The notes: generated by a model from the sequence alone, not told the origin. Numbered from the stretch's first letter, positions 27,152 to 37,480 are shown. The stretch: DNA of 64,000 nt from a candidate division WOR-3 bacterium (GCA_965648935.1 CBFGIY010000001.1:40216-104215); one strand, 5' to 3'. Made by a program: numbers and translations.

Positions 27152-29578
27152 CTATGCCACGACCTTCGATACGGGCAGGACGAACCGGAACGTCGCGCCC
27201 TTGCCCGGTTCGCTTTCGACTTCCACTCTGCCGCCGTGGTCCTCGGCCACCTTGCGCACGATGGTCAGACCCAACCCGGTGCCGCCGGCCTTGCGCGTGA
27301 AGAACGGCTGGAACAGCTTGGCCAGGTAATCGGGTGGAATCCCTGGGCCGGAATCCGTTACAGCTACCACGACTTCAGCCGCGGACTCAGCCCGCCGCGT
27401 CGCCACCGCCAGCCGACCCTTGCCCCCCATCGCGCCGACCGCGTTGTTGACCAAGTTGCCCAAGGCCCGGACCACCTGCTCTTCGTCCAGTTGAACTGCC
27501 GGCAGGCCTTCGGCCAAGTCCAACTTGAGTTCGATATCTCGCAGGCTGGCGACGCCCAACTCATCAAGTGCACGCCGCACGACGGCGTTGATGTCCTTCG
27601 CCTCAAGTCGCGGCGGCTCGAAGTCAGCCAGCCTCATAAAGCCATCCGTCATCTTCGCCAGCCGGTCAACTTCCTCCTCAATCACCTTCGCCCCATCCGG
27701 GTCCACGCCTTCCATCGCCTGCGCGGTCAGCCGTATCGTACTCAAGGGCGTCTTGATGCCATGCGCCAGCCGCTGGGCAACCGGACCCCAAGCCCCAACC
27801 TTGCGAGCGTACTCGACCGCGGCAAGGTCCTCAAGACTCAACAGGTACCCGCCCAGCCGCAGGCGCGACAGCGCGGCCCGAAACGTCCGCTGTACCCCAT
27901 CGACCTCCAGCACGACATCTGCGACCGCTCGCGGCAACCTGCCTTCCTTGACCTTAGGAAACTCCGCGCGCAGGGACGCGAATGACGGCTGCGTCAGCAG
28001 ACCCTCAAGAACCCCGGTCCTCACACCCTTGGGCAGCACAAGCAACTCCGTTGCCCGTTTGTTGATGGATGTAACCCGCCCGCGACTACTGAACATCACG
28101 ATGCCGGCCCGCTCGACCATCCCGCGTGTCACGTAACGCACGAACTCGCGATAAGAGGCGCGGGAGTACAGCAGAGCGGTCGCGGCCAGCAGAAGCAGTG
28201 CAGTGGCTGTGGAAGCAGCCCACGGCCACGGGAACGGCAGCGGTATCGCAACCAACTGGTAGAATTGCCAGCGTGGAATCGGTGCAACTCCTGCGCGACC
28301 CGACGTAAGTTCAGTAACTCCGTCGTGTACCATGAACCCTCCGGGTCTGCCAGCGCTGCGCCGAACAGGAACCACGCGCCAGTCACTCTGGATCGCCCCA
28401 CCTTCTGCGGCCGACGTTCTACGTCGAGTGGCCGGATCCCACACCAGCAGATGGCCATCCCGCGTGGACACGAGAATCTGCTCGGCAGCCCCGGGGATGA
28501 TGTATCCGAGCCACCACAGGTGTTCAAGCTGAACGCCGGCCGGGGTCGAGGAAACCGTTCGCAGGTTCAGGTCTCGTACCACGACCCTGTCTCTTTCGAT
28601 GGTCACAATATCCGAGACGCCGTCACCTGTTGCGTCCAGCGTGACGAAACTGCTCGTGGAGTTGCGGACAGGAACACCCCGCAAGACCGTCCCTTTCTCC
28701 GGGTCGATTACCATCAGACGGTCGACGCTGTCTGATGCCCAATTGCTGCACGTATTCGCCACGAGCACCTGGCCGCCGTCGTCTGGCGACTCGGCCAAGG
28801 CAATCGAGACATTTGCTGCCGAGCTATCGTCCTCGGCAGGGATGCTCCATCGCAGACCACCTCGATCGTCGAAACTGAAGACGTACCCGATATGGTCTGC
28901 GAACCCATTCTCGACACAGCCGTTACACGGCGCACTGCCGCCAACGTATGTTTCCGGTCGCCCGTCCCCATCGACATCTCCGACAGCAAGTGCCCAAACC
29001 TGCGTGCCCATCCCGAACCGCCATAGCCTCTCACCGGTCACCAGATCAACTGCTGTTACGCTGCGCGGCTGCCACTGCCAGGCGAATCCCGAGACGACGC
29101 CCGCGACCATCTCCTTGACCCCGTCACTGTCCAGGTCTGCGAACGCGGCGTGCGGGATTCCACCGTCATACTGCCGTTCGCCCTTCTTGGGAGGCGCATC
29201 CACCACGAACCGGCGCAATCGCCTACCGTGGACATTCTCGACGAACACAAACAGCGACCCGGGGACGGCGGCAGTGACCACGATGTCCGGGACCGAGTCA
29301 TCACCCAGGTCAACAGCCCAGGCGGTAGAGGTGGACGAACCCCGCGGCAGGTAGCTGTCGTGTGACAACAGGAACCTCCCCTCCACATCACGGGCGCTGG
29401 CAATGTAGTTACAGACTCCATACCGCTCGTCCGACGAGTCTCCGTCGATGTCGACGGCTGCTACCGCATAGCTGATGATGTTCGCGTCCGCAATCCGGAC
29501 TACGTACCGCGGCTTGCGCTCGCACCGGACTGCGGCGACGATGAGCAGGACTGAAACAGGGAGTATCTTCCACCCCAT
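27152..29578 (-). CDS. Sensor histidine kinase with a periplasmic FG-GAP/integrin-like beta-propeller sensor domain
   Basis: The N-terminal periplasmic region has repeated DxDGDG/DSDG and VGD-DGDGRPE motifs. It is followed by a TM and a HisKA H-box HGIKTPLSTI, then a HATPase_c domain (N, G1 and G2 boxes). Confidence 0.8.
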   Translation of the reverse strand: MGWKILPVSVLLIVAAVRCERKPRYVVRIADANIISYAVAAVDIDGDSSDERYGVCNYIASARDVEGRFLLSHDSYLPRGSSTSTAWAVDLGDDSVPDIVVTAAVPGSLFVFVENVHGRRLRRFVVDAPPKKGERQYDGGIPHAAFADLDSDGVKEMVAGVVSGFAWQWQPRSVTAVDLVTGERLWRFGMGTQVWALAVGDVDGDGRPETYVGGSAPCNGCVENGFADHIGYVFSFDDRGGLRWSIPAEDDSSAANVSIALAESPDDGGQVLVANTCSNWASDSVDRLMVIDPEKGTVLRGVPVRNSTSSFVTLDATGDGVSDIVTIERDRVVVRDLNLRTVSSTPAGVQLEHLWWLGYIIPGAAEQILVSTRDGHLLVWDPATRRRTSAAEGGAIQSDWRVVPVRRSAGRPGGFMVHDGVTELTSGRAGVAPIPRWQFYQLVAIPLPFPWPWAASTATALLLLAATALLYSRASYREFVRYVTRGMVERAGIVMFSSRGRVTSINKRATELLVLPKGVRTGVLEGLLTQPSFASLRAEFPKVKEGRLPRAVADVVLEVDGVQRTFRAALSRLRLGGYLLSLEDLAAVEYARKVGAWGPVAQRLAHGIKTPLSTIRLTAQAMEGVDPDGAKVIEEEVDRLAKMTDGFMRLADFEPPRLEAKDINAVVRRALDELGVASLRDIELKLDLAEGLPAVQLDEEQVVRALGNLVNNAVGAMGGKGRLAVATRRAESAAEVVVAVTDSGPGIPPDYLAKLFQPFFTRKAGGTGLGLTIVRKVAEDHGGRVEVESEPGKGATFRFVLPVSKVVA

Positions 29579-29717
29579 GCCCGAATCATAGGCCCGGCCG
29601 GATTGGCGTCAAGCAGTAACCAGCCGACGGCTTGCGGCTGACGGCGGCTTTGACATCTGGCTCCCGGCCTTTGACTGCTGACTTGCCCCTTGCCCCTGCT
29701 CGGCTATAGTCTGCCCG

Positions 29718-32228
29718 ATGCGAAGAACACTGGCTACCGTCCTCTTGCTCTCGGCCGCGGCTGCGGCCCTGCCGCCCATCTCCGACACCATCGACATCCG
29801 CGAGTGGATTGTCGGCGGGCCGTTTCCGGCCGCGCCGCGCGAAGGAATAGTCCCGGTCATCGACGACGCGGCGACGTTCCGGCCCGCGGTCGGCGACACG
29901 TACTACTCCGGCCTCGTGCAGGGCGGCGTCACGCTTGCCCGCAAGGTCACGGTCGACTCGCTTGGCTGGCTTGCGACCGACTGGCAGGGCGTGCGCTGGG
30001 ACACGCTACAGGACTACTACGGCAACGTCGGGCTCTACTGCTCCGGCTTTGCCTATGCCGAGTTCGCCTCGCCGCGCGCCGGCCGCGCCGTCGCGGTCGC
30101 GACCGAACTGGGCGGGTTCACGCTCAATGGCCGCGGCTACACCGGCGACGCATACGGCGCGGGCTGGTTTGCCTGCCCGGTCGAGCTGGACTCGGGTCTC
30201 AACCGCGTGCTGTTGCGGCTGGCCAGCTTCGGCGACGACCGCGTGCGGTTTCGGCTCGTGCCGGTGCCGGCCGACGTGCGCACGGTCAGTGCCGATGCGA
30301 CCCGCCCCGACCTCGTGGCCGACTCCGCGCTGGACGCCTGGCTCGGTCTGCCGGTCCAGAACCTGTCGTCATCATCGCTGAAAAGAGTCTCCGTACGCGT
30401 ACTTTTCGCCGACAGCGCGGTCGGCCACACGACGGTTGACCTGCCCGCATATGGCGCGCGCAAGCTGCCCGTCCGAATCCGGCTGCCGCGCCAGCCCTGG
30501 GACAGCGCGCACAAGTCCCTGCCGCTCGTGGTCGAGACGCGCCTCGGCGACTCGGTCGCGTCCAGCGAAACACTGCAGCTCGACATCCGCCGGCCCGACG
30601 AGGTCCGCCGTGTCACGTTCCTTTCCGCCATCGACTCCTCGGTGCAGTACTACGCGGTGCTCTACCCGAGGGATTTCGACCCGGCGCGGCGCTACCCGGT
30701 GATTTACACCCTGCACGGCGCCGGGGTCGAGGCCGACGGCCAGGCCCGGGCGTACAAGCAGAAAGACTGGGCGTTCGTGGTCGCGCCGACCAACCGCCGC
30801 AAGTACGGCTTCGACTGGCAGGACTGGGGACGCCTCGACGCCATCGAGGTGCTCGACACGATTCTCGCCCGCCTGCCCATCGACCCGGACCGCGTCCTGC
30901 TCGTGGGCGGCTCAATGGGCGGCCACGGCACCTGGCACGTCGGCCTGACTCACCCTGACCGGTTCGCGGTCGCCTCGCCCCAGGCCGGCTGGCCCACGCA
31001 CCAGCTCTACGTGCCGTGGTTCCTCCAGCGCAGTGCCATCTTTGCCCAGCCAAGCGCGCTGGCGATCCGCGACCGGGTCCTGCGCTCGGACAACACCGCG
31101 GCGCTGCTTGAGAACGCGCTCAACCTGCCGTACTTCATCCTGCACGGCGGCGACGACGACAACGTGCCGCCCCTGCACGCGCGCAACTTCAAGATGTGGG
31201 CCGACGAACTCGGACTCGACGTCACTCTGCGCGAGGTGCCGGGCCGCGGCCACTGGTATGTCTACGAGGACCTCGACCTCACCTGCGTCGACGACACCGC
31301 GCTGATGAACTTCATCCGCGACCGGCGCCGCGACCCCGGCCCGCGCCGCGTCCGGTTCCGCACCGCCGACCTCGGCACCGCGCATGCATCCTACTGGGTC
31401 GCTATCGACCGCGTGGGCGTGGTCGGGCAGGACGCCGTGATTGACGCTTGGGCTGGTGACTCGCTGGTGCGGGTGACGACGCAGAATGTTGACCAGTTCG
31501 CGCTGAAGCTCGACGGCGCGCCGTTCTTTGCCGGACCGGTCCGTGTCGAGATTGACGGTGCGCGCGTCGGCGGCAGACTGGCACCGCCAGGCCGGTTCAC
31601 GTTTCACCGCAAGGACGGCAGGTGGCGCTTCGGCCCGAACTGGCTCCGGGGCCTTGCCAAGACCCCGGCGCAGTACGGCCCGGCGCGTCAGGTACTGATG
31701 CGGCCGTTCGCGCTGGTCTTTGGCACGCGCGACACCGCGCTGGCCCGCGACCTTGCCCATGCCGCTACTCAGGAAGCCCTGCGCTGGTGGCTGATAGGCA
31801 ACGGCGATGCGCCGGTACTGGCCGACACCGCGGTCACCGACAGCCTGCTCTCCCGGCGCAACGTCGTGCTCTTCGGCGGGCCCGCTCAGAACTCGGTCAC
31901 CGCCCGCATCGCCGCGCAGTTGCCCTGCCGGCTGGAATCAGGCCGGCTTGATTTCGCCGGCCGCGACCTCGGCGACAGCGCGGCCGCGGTGTTTGTCCGA
32001 CCCAGCCCGTTCAATCCCGAACGGCTGGTGCTCGTGCGGATGGGTACTGACGCGGCCGCGACCCGGCTGGCCGCGGCCTGGGGATTTGCCTACTCCGGCG
32101 CGGGCGCGCCTGACTTCGTCGTGTTTGACCGGCGCTGGCGCCGGCGCGGCTGGGCCGGGGTCCGCGCCGCCGGGTTCTTTGACTCCTACTGGCGCGTTGA
32201 CCCGCGCTCGTCGTTCTTCGAACGCTAG
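29718..32228 (+). CDS. Secreted alpha/beta-hydrolase-fold serine hydrolase (S9 peptidase/esterase-like), 836 aa
   Basis: Signal peptide MRRTLATVLLLSAAAAA. It has a nucleophile elbow LLVGGSMGGHG and a His-containing block PGRGHWY, flanked by beta-rich domains. Confidence 0.65.
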   Translation: MRRTLATVLLLSAAAAALPPISDTIDIREWIVGGPFPAAPREGIVPVIDDAATFRPAVGDTYYSGLVQGGVTLARKVTVDSLGWLATDWQGVRWDTLQDYYGNVGLYCSGFAYAEFASPRAGRAVAVATELGGFTLNGRGYTGDAYGAGWFACPVELDSGLNRVLLRLASFGDDRVRFRLVPVPADVRTVSADATRPDLVADSALDAWLGLPVQNLSSSSLKRVSVRVLFADSAVGHTTVDLPAYGARKLPVRIRLPRQPWDSAHKSLPLVVETRLGDSVASSETLQLDIRRPDEVRRVTFLSAIDSSVQYYAVLYPRDFDPARRYPVIYTLHGAGVEADGQARAYKQKDWAFVVAPTNRRKYGFDWQDWGRLDAIEVLDTILARLPIDPDRVLLVGGSMGGHGTWHVGLTHPDRFAVASPQAGWPTHQLYVPWFLQRSAIFAQPSALAIRDRVLRSDNTAALLENALNLPYFILHGGDDDNVPPLHARNFKMWADELGLDVTLREVPGRGHWYVYEDLDLTCVDDTALMNFIRDRRRDPGPRRVRFRTADLGTAHASYWVAIDRVGVVGQDAVIDAWAGDSLVRVTTQNVDQFALKLDGAPFFAGPVRVEIDGARVGGRLAPPGRFTFHRKDGRWRFGPNWLRGLAKTPAQYGPARQVLMRPFALVFGTRDTALARDLAHAATQEALRWWLIGNGDAPVLADTAVTDSLLSRRNVVLFGGPAQNSVTARIAAQLPCRLESGRLDFAGRDLGDSAAAVFVRPSPFNPERLVLVRMGTDAAATRLAAAWGFAYSGAGAPDFVVFDRRWRRRGWAGVRAAGFFDSYWRVDPRSSFFER

Positions 32229-32234
32229 CCGCCC

Positions 32235-33092
32235 GTGCGCTCTGTCACGCTCCGCTCACCAGCCAAGATCAACCTCGGCCTTGCCGTCGGGCCGCGCCGG
32301 CCCGATGGCTATCACGACATCACGACAATCTTCGTTCCGCTGGACTTCGGCGACACGGTGCGCATCGAGCGCCGCGCCGCCGGCATCACCCTGCGCTGCA
32401 GCGACCCGACGCTGCCGACCAATGAAGGCAATTTGGCTTGGCGCGCGGCCAGGGCTTTTTTCCCGGCTTCGCGCCTCATTACCGGCTGTGCCATCAGTAT
32501 CACCAAGCGCATCCCGGTCGGGTCCGGCCTGGGCGGCGGCTCGTCCAATGCCGCGGCCACGCTCCTGGGCCTCAATAGGCTGCACGGCAACCCGCTAGCG
32601 CCGCGCGCCCTCCGCCGCATTGCCGCGCGACTGGGCAGCGACGTCGCCTGTTTCCTCTACCCCGGCCCGACCGTGGGCCGGGGACGCGGCGAGCGACTGC
32701 GCCCCATCGGCCTGCCCCGCCTGCACCTGCTGCTGCACTTCCCCGGCCATCCCGTGCCCACGGCCTGGGCCTATGCCGCGCTTGACCGCTCGCGCCGGCG
32801 CGGTTTGACTCGCAGCGTTTTTTCGCCTAAGATGCTCTCGTTGCGTCTAAGGCGCAACGAGCTGGACAAGGCGGCCGCGCTCATCCAGAACGACTTCGAA
32901 CCTGTCGTTTTCCGCGCCCACCCGGGGCTTGCCCGTGCCAGGGCGAAGTTCCTCGAATCGGGCGCCTGGGCCGCGGCGCTGTCCGGCTCCGGCAGTACGG
33001 TCTATGGCCTGGTGACTGCACAGGGCTGGCACGACCCGATGGCCGCGATGTCGCGCTCTGGTTTCCCCTGCATTCACGCCTGTTCGCTGTAG
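32235..33092 (+). CDS. ispE: 4-diphosphocytidyl-2-C-methyl-D-erythritol kinase
   Basis: GHMP kinase motif PVGSGLGGGSSNAAA and an N-terminal PAKINL block. GTG start. Confidence 0.85.
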   Translation: MRSVTLRSPAKINLGLAVGPRRPDGYHDITTIFVPLDFGDTVRIERRAAGITLRCSDPTLPTNEGNLAWRAARAFFPASRLITGCAISITKRIPVGSGLGGGSSNAAATLLGLNRLHGNPLAPRALRRIAARLGSDVACFLYPGPTVGRGRGERLRPIGLPRLHLLLHFPGHPVPTAWAYAALDRSRRRGLTRSVFSPKMLSLRLRRNELDKAAALIQNDFEPVVFRAHPGLARARAKFLESGAWAAALSGSGSTVYGLVTAQGWHDPMAAMSRSGFPCIHACSL

Positions 33093-33114
33093 GCCCTGCC
33101 CGAGAGGCTTCTCT

Positions 33115-33186
33115 TGGGGCGTCGTTCAACTGGCAGGACCCAGGACTTTGGATCCTGTTATGAAGGTTCAACTCCTTCCGCCCCAG
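33115..33186 (+). tRNA. tRNA-Gln (anticodon TTG)
   Basis: Folded by hand: U1-A72 acceptor TGGGGCG/CGCCCCA, D-stem GTTC/GGAC, anticodon stem CAGGA/TCCTG with loop CTTTGGA, T-arm GAAGG-TTCAACT-CCTTC, discriminator G. Confidence 0.8.
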
Positions 33187-33214
33187 GCTATGATGACCGG
33201 CAAAGCGAGGTGAA

Positions 33215-34150
33215 ATGACTGGCCAGTTGAAGGTGCTCTCCGGCCGCGCCAATCTGCCGCTCGCCCGGAAGATCGCCGCCCACCTTGACCTGCAGCTGGG
33301 CGCGACCGAGCTGCGCAACTTCGCGGACGGCGAGATACGGGTCAACATTAACGAGAGCGTCCGCGGCGACGATGTCTTTGTCATCCAGCCGACCCAGCCG
33401 CCGGCCGAGAACCTCTTCGAACTGCTGCTGATGCTTGACGCGCTCAAGCGCGCCTCGGCCGAACGCATAACCGCGGTGATACCTTACTACGGCTACGCGC
33501 GCCAGGACCGCAAGGACCGGCCGCGCGTGCCGGTCTCGGCCAAGCTCGTGGCTAACCTCATCGAGCACGCCGGCGCCGACCGGGTCCTGACAATGGAGCT
33601 GCACGCCGAACAGATCCAGGCCTTCTTCGACATCCCGGTTGACCATATGTACGCAACGCCCGTGCTTGTCGACCACTTCCGCAAGGACGCGACTGACGGG
33701 CTCATCGTCGTCGCGCCCGACACCGGCAGGGCAAACCGCGCGCGCGGCTTCGCCCAGCGCCTCGGCGACAACATCCCCATCGCCATCATCGACAAGCGCC
33801 GGCCCGAACCGAACAGGGCCGAGGTCCACAACATCGTCGGCGACGTGGCCGGTTGCCGCGCGCTGATATTCGACGACATGATCGACACCGGCGGCACGCT
33901 CGTCGGCGCGGCCCGGGCACTGCTCGCGGCCGGCGCGAAGAGCGTCACCGCGGTCGCCACCCACGGCGTGCTCTCCGGCCCGGCGCGCGAGCGCCTATGC
34001 GGCCCCGAGTTCGAGTCGGTCGTCGTCACCGACACCATCAACCAGCCCGAAACCGAAAGCAAGATCAAGGTGCTCTCCGTCTCCGCGCTCCTGGCCGAGG
34101 CCATCTTCCGCATCCATCGCGGCGAATCGGTGAGCTCACTGTTCATCTAG
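33215..34150 (+). CDS. prs: Ribose-phosphate pyrophosphokinase
   Basis: PRPP synthetase motifs (FADGEIRV, PRPP-binding DLHA.QIQ and VVSPDTG-like VVAPDTG). Confidence 0.9.
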   Translation: MTGQLKVLSGRANLPLARKIAAHLDLQLGATELRNFADGEIRVNINESVRGDDVFVIQPTQPPAENLFELLLMLDALKRASAERITAVIPYYGYARQDRKDRPRVPVSAKLVANLIEHAGADRVLTMELHAEQIQAFFDIPVDHMYATPVLVDHFRKDATDGLIVVAPDTGRANRARGFAQRLGDNIPIAIIDKRRPEPNRAEVHNIVGDVAGCRALIFDDMIDTGGTLVGAARALLAAGAKSVTAVATHGVLSGPARERLCGPEFESVVVTDTINQPETESKIKVLSVSALLAEAIFRIHRGESVSSLFI

Positions 34151-34159
34151 AGGAGACCC

Positions 34160-34867
34160 ATGGCATACACCATCAAAGCGACCAGCCGCACCCAGACCGG
34201 CAAGGGCCCGGTCCGCCGAATGCGCTACAGCGGCACTGTCCCGGCCGTGCTCTACGGCCACGGCGACCCGTCGGTCATGCTCGGACTGGGCGCGCACGAC
34301 TTCGAGATGCTGCTCATCCAGCTCCGCGGCCACAGCCCGATCGTCGACCTTGAAATCGACGGCGCCCCGGCCCTGCGCTGCGTCATCAAAACGCTCCAGC
34401 GCAACCCGGTGTCGGGCAAGCTGCTCCACGTCGATTTCCAGAAAGTCCACGCCGGCGAGAAGATAACGCTCGATGTGCCGGTCGTGCTCCACGGCACGCC
34501 CGAAGGCATCAAGATGGGCGGCATCCTCGAATACATCCGCCGCGAGGTACCGGTCCGCGCCACCATCGACAAGATACCCGAGCACTTTGACGTCGATGTC
34601 ACCCACCTCGGCGTCGGCCAGAGCGTCCACATCGCCGACCTCAACCGGCCCGATCTCGAGTTCGGCCTGCCGCCCGACTCGGCCATCGTGACCGTGCTGG
34701 TGCCGCGCAAGATCGAGGTAGCGGCCGCGACGCCTGAAGCCGCGGCGGCCGCCGGCGAAGCCCCGGCCGAACCCGAGGTCATCAAAGAGAAGAAGCCGAC
34801 CGAGGAGGAGGCCGCGGCCGAGGACAAGGGCAAGGGCAAGGCCGCCAAGGAAGAAAAGAAGAAGTAA
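34160..34867 (+). CDS. rplY: 50S ribosomal protein L25 / general stress protein Ctc form
   Basis: L25/Ctc N-terminal and beta domains, with a Lys/Glu-rich C-terminal tail. Confidence 0.85.
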   Translation: MAYTIKATSRTQTGKGPVRRMRYSGTVPAVLYGHGDPSVMLGLGAHDFEMLLIQLRGHSPIVDLEIDGAPALRCVIKTLQRNPVSGKLLHVDFQKVHAGEKITLDVPVVLHGTPEGIKMGGILEYIRREVPVRATIDKIPEHFDVDVTHLGVGQSVHIADLNRPDLEFGLPPDSAIVTVLVPRKIEVAAATPEAAAAAGEAPAEPEVIKEKKPTEEEAAAEDKGKGKAAKEEKKK

Positions 34868-34871
34868 CGCG

Positions 34872-35450
34872 GTGACGGTCTTCGGCCTCGGCAACCCGGG
34901 CGAGGAGTACGCCCAGACCCGGCACAATGTCGGGTTCATGGTGCTGGACACTCTCGCCCGGCGTCTGCACGGCCGATTCCGCAGCGCCGGCGGCCGGATG
35001 GTCTGCCGCCGCGAGTTCGCGGGCCGGCCGCTCGTGCTCGTCAAGCCGATGCTCTGGATGAACGAGTCCGGCGTGGCGGTGCGCGAGCACCTCGAGCGCG
35101 AGCCCGACAGCTTCCTCGTGGTCTACGACGACATCGCCCTGCCCTTCGGCCGTCTGCGCATCCGGCCGCGCGGTTCGGACGGCGGCCACAAGGGCATCGG
35201 CTCGATCATCTACCGGCTCGGCACCGACAGCTTCCCGCGCCTGCGCGTCGGGGTCGATGCCCCGCCGCCGGGCGAGGACGCGGTCGGCTGGGTGCTCGGC
35301 CGGTTCTCCGCCGACGAGCAGGCCGCCCTGCCAGAACTCCTCGACCGGGCGGCCGACGCCTGCATCACGGTCGTCACACAGGGCATCGCCGCGGCGATGA
35401 ACCGCTACAACCCGGCGCCGGCCGCGCCCGGCGCAGCGGAGGCCGAATGA
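34872..35450 (+). CDS. pth: Peptidyl-tRNA hydrolase
   Basis: GLGNPG..Y..TRHN motif. Confidence 0.9.
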   Translation: MTVFGLGNPGEEYAQTRHNVGFMVLDTLARRLHGRFRSAGGRMVCRREFAGRPLVLVKPMLWMNESGVAVREHLEREPDSFLVVYDDIALPFGRLRIRPRGSDGGHKGIGSIIYRLGTDSFPRLRVGVDAPPPGEDAVGWVLGRFSADEQAALPELLDRAADACITVVTQGIAAAMNRYNPAPAAPGAAEAE

Positions 35451-36499
35451 AGGTCGGGCTTGTCGGCCTGCCCAACGCGGGCAAGTCCTCGCTCTTCAAC
35501 CTGCTCACCGCGGGCAACGCCCGGGTCGACCTCTACCCCTTCACGACCGTCGAGAAGAACGTCGGCGTCACGCTTGTGCCCGACGAGCGGCTCGAGGCCA
35601 TCGGCCGCGTCCTGCGACCCGAGCGGCTCACCCCGGCGCACGTCGAGTTCGTCGACATCGCCGGGCTGGTCAAGGGCGCGAGCCGGGGCGAGGGTCTGGG
35701 CAACAAGTTCCTCGGCCACATCCGCGAAGCCGACCTCGTCCTCCACGTCGTGCGCAACTTCGCCTCGGGCGACATCCCGCACGTCCTCGACACCGTGGAC
35801 CCGGACCGCGACGCCGCGATAGTCGAGGCCGAGCTGGCAATCGCCGACCTCGCGATAGTCGAGCGCCGGCTCGAACACGTCCGCAAGGAACCCAGGACCC
35901 CGGACAACGCGCCCCTGCTCGCCGCGCTTGAGAAGCTCCACGCCGCGCTCGCGGCAGGCGCGCCTGCGCCGGAGCTGCACCTCGACGAGAAGACCGCGGT
36001 GCGCGACCTCGGCCTGATCACCACGCGGCCGGTCGTCTACGCGGTCAACTGCTCGGACACCGAGCCGGCCGACCCGGCCCGTTTTCCCCGCCTCGCCGCG
36101 CTGACCAACCTGCTCTTCTCGGCGGCGCTCGAGGCGGGACTCGCCGAGTTCAGCCCGGCCGAGCGCGTCGAGCTGAGAACCGGCCTCGGGCTTCACCCCG
36201 ACGGCCCGGCCGGCATTGTCGAGACCTGCTTCCGTGCCCTCGACCTCATCCGCTTCTACACGGTGAAGGGGAACGAATCGCGCGCCTGGGCCGCGCCCCG
36301 CGGCATCACCGCGCACGAGGCCGCCAGCCTCATTCACACCGACATCGGCGCCGGCTTCATACGCGCCGAGGTCGTCAACCACGCCGACCTCGTGGCCGCG
36401 GGCGACTTCGCGCGCGCGCGCGACGCAGGCCACGTCAAGGTCGAAGGCAAGGGCTACACGGTGCAGGACGGAGATGTCCTGCTGGTGAAGTTCCGATGA
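35447..36499 (+). CDS. ychF: Ribosome-binding ATPase YchF (Obg family)
   Basis: GLVGLPNAGKSSLFN, a TGS domain and the C-terminal YchF domain. It overlaps pth as ATGA. Confidence 0.9.
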   Translation: MKVGLVGLPNAGKSSLFNLLTAGNARVDLYPFTTVEKNVGVTLVPDERLEAIGRVLRPERLTPAHVEFVDIAGLVKGASRGEGLGNKFLGHIREADLVLHVVRNFASGDIPHVLDTVDPDRDAAIVEAELAIADLAIVERRLEHVRKEPRTPDNAPLLAALEKLHAALAAGAPAPELHLDEKTAVRDLGLITTRPVVYAVNCSDTEPADPARFPRLAALTNLLFSAALEAGLAEFSPAERVELRTGLGLHPDGPAGIVETCFRALDLIRFYTVKGNESRAWAAPRGITAHEAASLIHTDIGAGFIRAEVVNHADLVAAGDFARARDAGHVKVEGKGYTVQDGDVLLVKFR

Positions 36500-36560
36500 A
36501 CAACAGAACGAAGGCAAACCGAATGACAAGCCCGGTGTCGGACCGGGCTCAGGAGGCAGT

Positions 36561-36947
36561 TTGAATCACTACGAAATCGCTCTGGTCATAAACCCCGACG
36601 TGCCCGAGAAGGAAGTCGAGAAGATCGCGCAGGAGACGCGCGACCTGCTCGCCGGGATGCAGGCCGCGGTAGCCAGCACCAAGGTAGAGCGCCGCTCGCT
36701 CGCCTACCCCATCAAGCGCTGGACCGAGGCCTACTACGTCTTCATCGAGTGCGACGCGCCCGGCTCGATGCCCCAGGCCATCCGCCACGAGCTCAGGCAC
36801 CGCGAGGGCCTCATCCGGATGGGCTTCGTCAACAAGCCGCTCCAGCCCGAGATGCCCGCTCCCGAGCCGCCCGCAGTCGAGCCCGCCCCGGCGCCCGAAG
36901 CCGAGCAGTTTGAGCCTGAACCAGTGCCCGAGGCCGACAATGCCTGA
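36561..36947 (+). CDS. rpsF: 30S ribosomal protein S6
   Basis: N-terminal HYEIALVINPD, with a Pro/Glu-rich tail. TTG start. Confidence 0.8.
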   Translation: MNHYEIALVINPDVPEKEVEKIAQETRDLLAGMQAAVASTKVERRSLAYPIKRWTEAYYVFIECDAPGSMPQAIRHELRHREGLIRMGFVNKPLQPEMPAPEPPAVEPAPAPEAEQFEPEPVPEADNA

Positions 36948-37374
36948 ACTGCGCCTCGGCAGCCTCAACTACGTCGTCCTACTCGGCCGGGTGACGATGG
37001 ACCCGGACCTGCGCTACGTGCCCAGCGGCACGGCCGTGCTCGGCTTCCGCATCGCGGTCAACCGCCGCTACAAGGACAAGTCCGGTGAGTGGAAGGACGA
37101 CACGTCGTACTTCACGGTCAATATCTGGGGCCAGGCCGCCGAACGGTTGAGCGAGCAGATGAAGCGCGGCTCGGCCGTGCTCGTTGAGGGTCAGTTGCGC
37201 AGCCGCGACTGGGAGACAAAGTCCGGTGAGAAGCGCACCTCGGTCGAAATCTGGTCGACGCGCACCCAGGTGCTCGACAAGACCGGTCCGTCTTCAGAAG
37301 GCGCCCGGCCGGCGAAAGCCGAAGAGGAAGAACCGGACATACCCCGCGACCAGCTCGACGACATACCGTTCTAG
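36940..37374 (+). CDS. ssb: Single-stranded DNA-binding protein
   Basis: OB fold, with a C-terminal acidic tail ending DDIPF. Start MPELRLGSLNYVVLLGRV (ATG 36940) overlaps rpsF by 8 nt. Confidence 0.8.
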   Translation: MPELRLGSLNYVVLLGRVTMDPDLRYVPSGTAVLGFRIAVNRRYKDKSGEWKDDTSYFTVNIWGQAAERLSEQMKRGSAVLVEGQLRSRDWETKSGEKRTSVEIWSTRTQVLDKTGPSSEGARPAKAEEEEPDIPRDQLDDIPF

Positions 37375-37480
37375 AAAGAAGAGGAGCAAGCTCAGGGAAT
37401 CCGGGCGCAACGGACACGGTCAGGCGACCAGCGCCGTGTTTGACCCTGAGTGCAGGCTTCTGACCGAACTGCCGGCGGCC

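Noticed and set aside
29579-29717. Sigma54 -24/-12 promoter next to the NtrC-type regulator
   Set aside because: TGGCTC…TTTGA was inspected, but the GG and GC dinucleotides are not spaced 10 nt apart.
36500-36560. Hairpin CCCGGTGTCGGACCGGG between ychF and rpsF as a possible attenuator
   Set aside because: The stem is short, there is no U-tract, and no conserved r-protein leader structure was recognised. It is listed only as a possible weak terminator.
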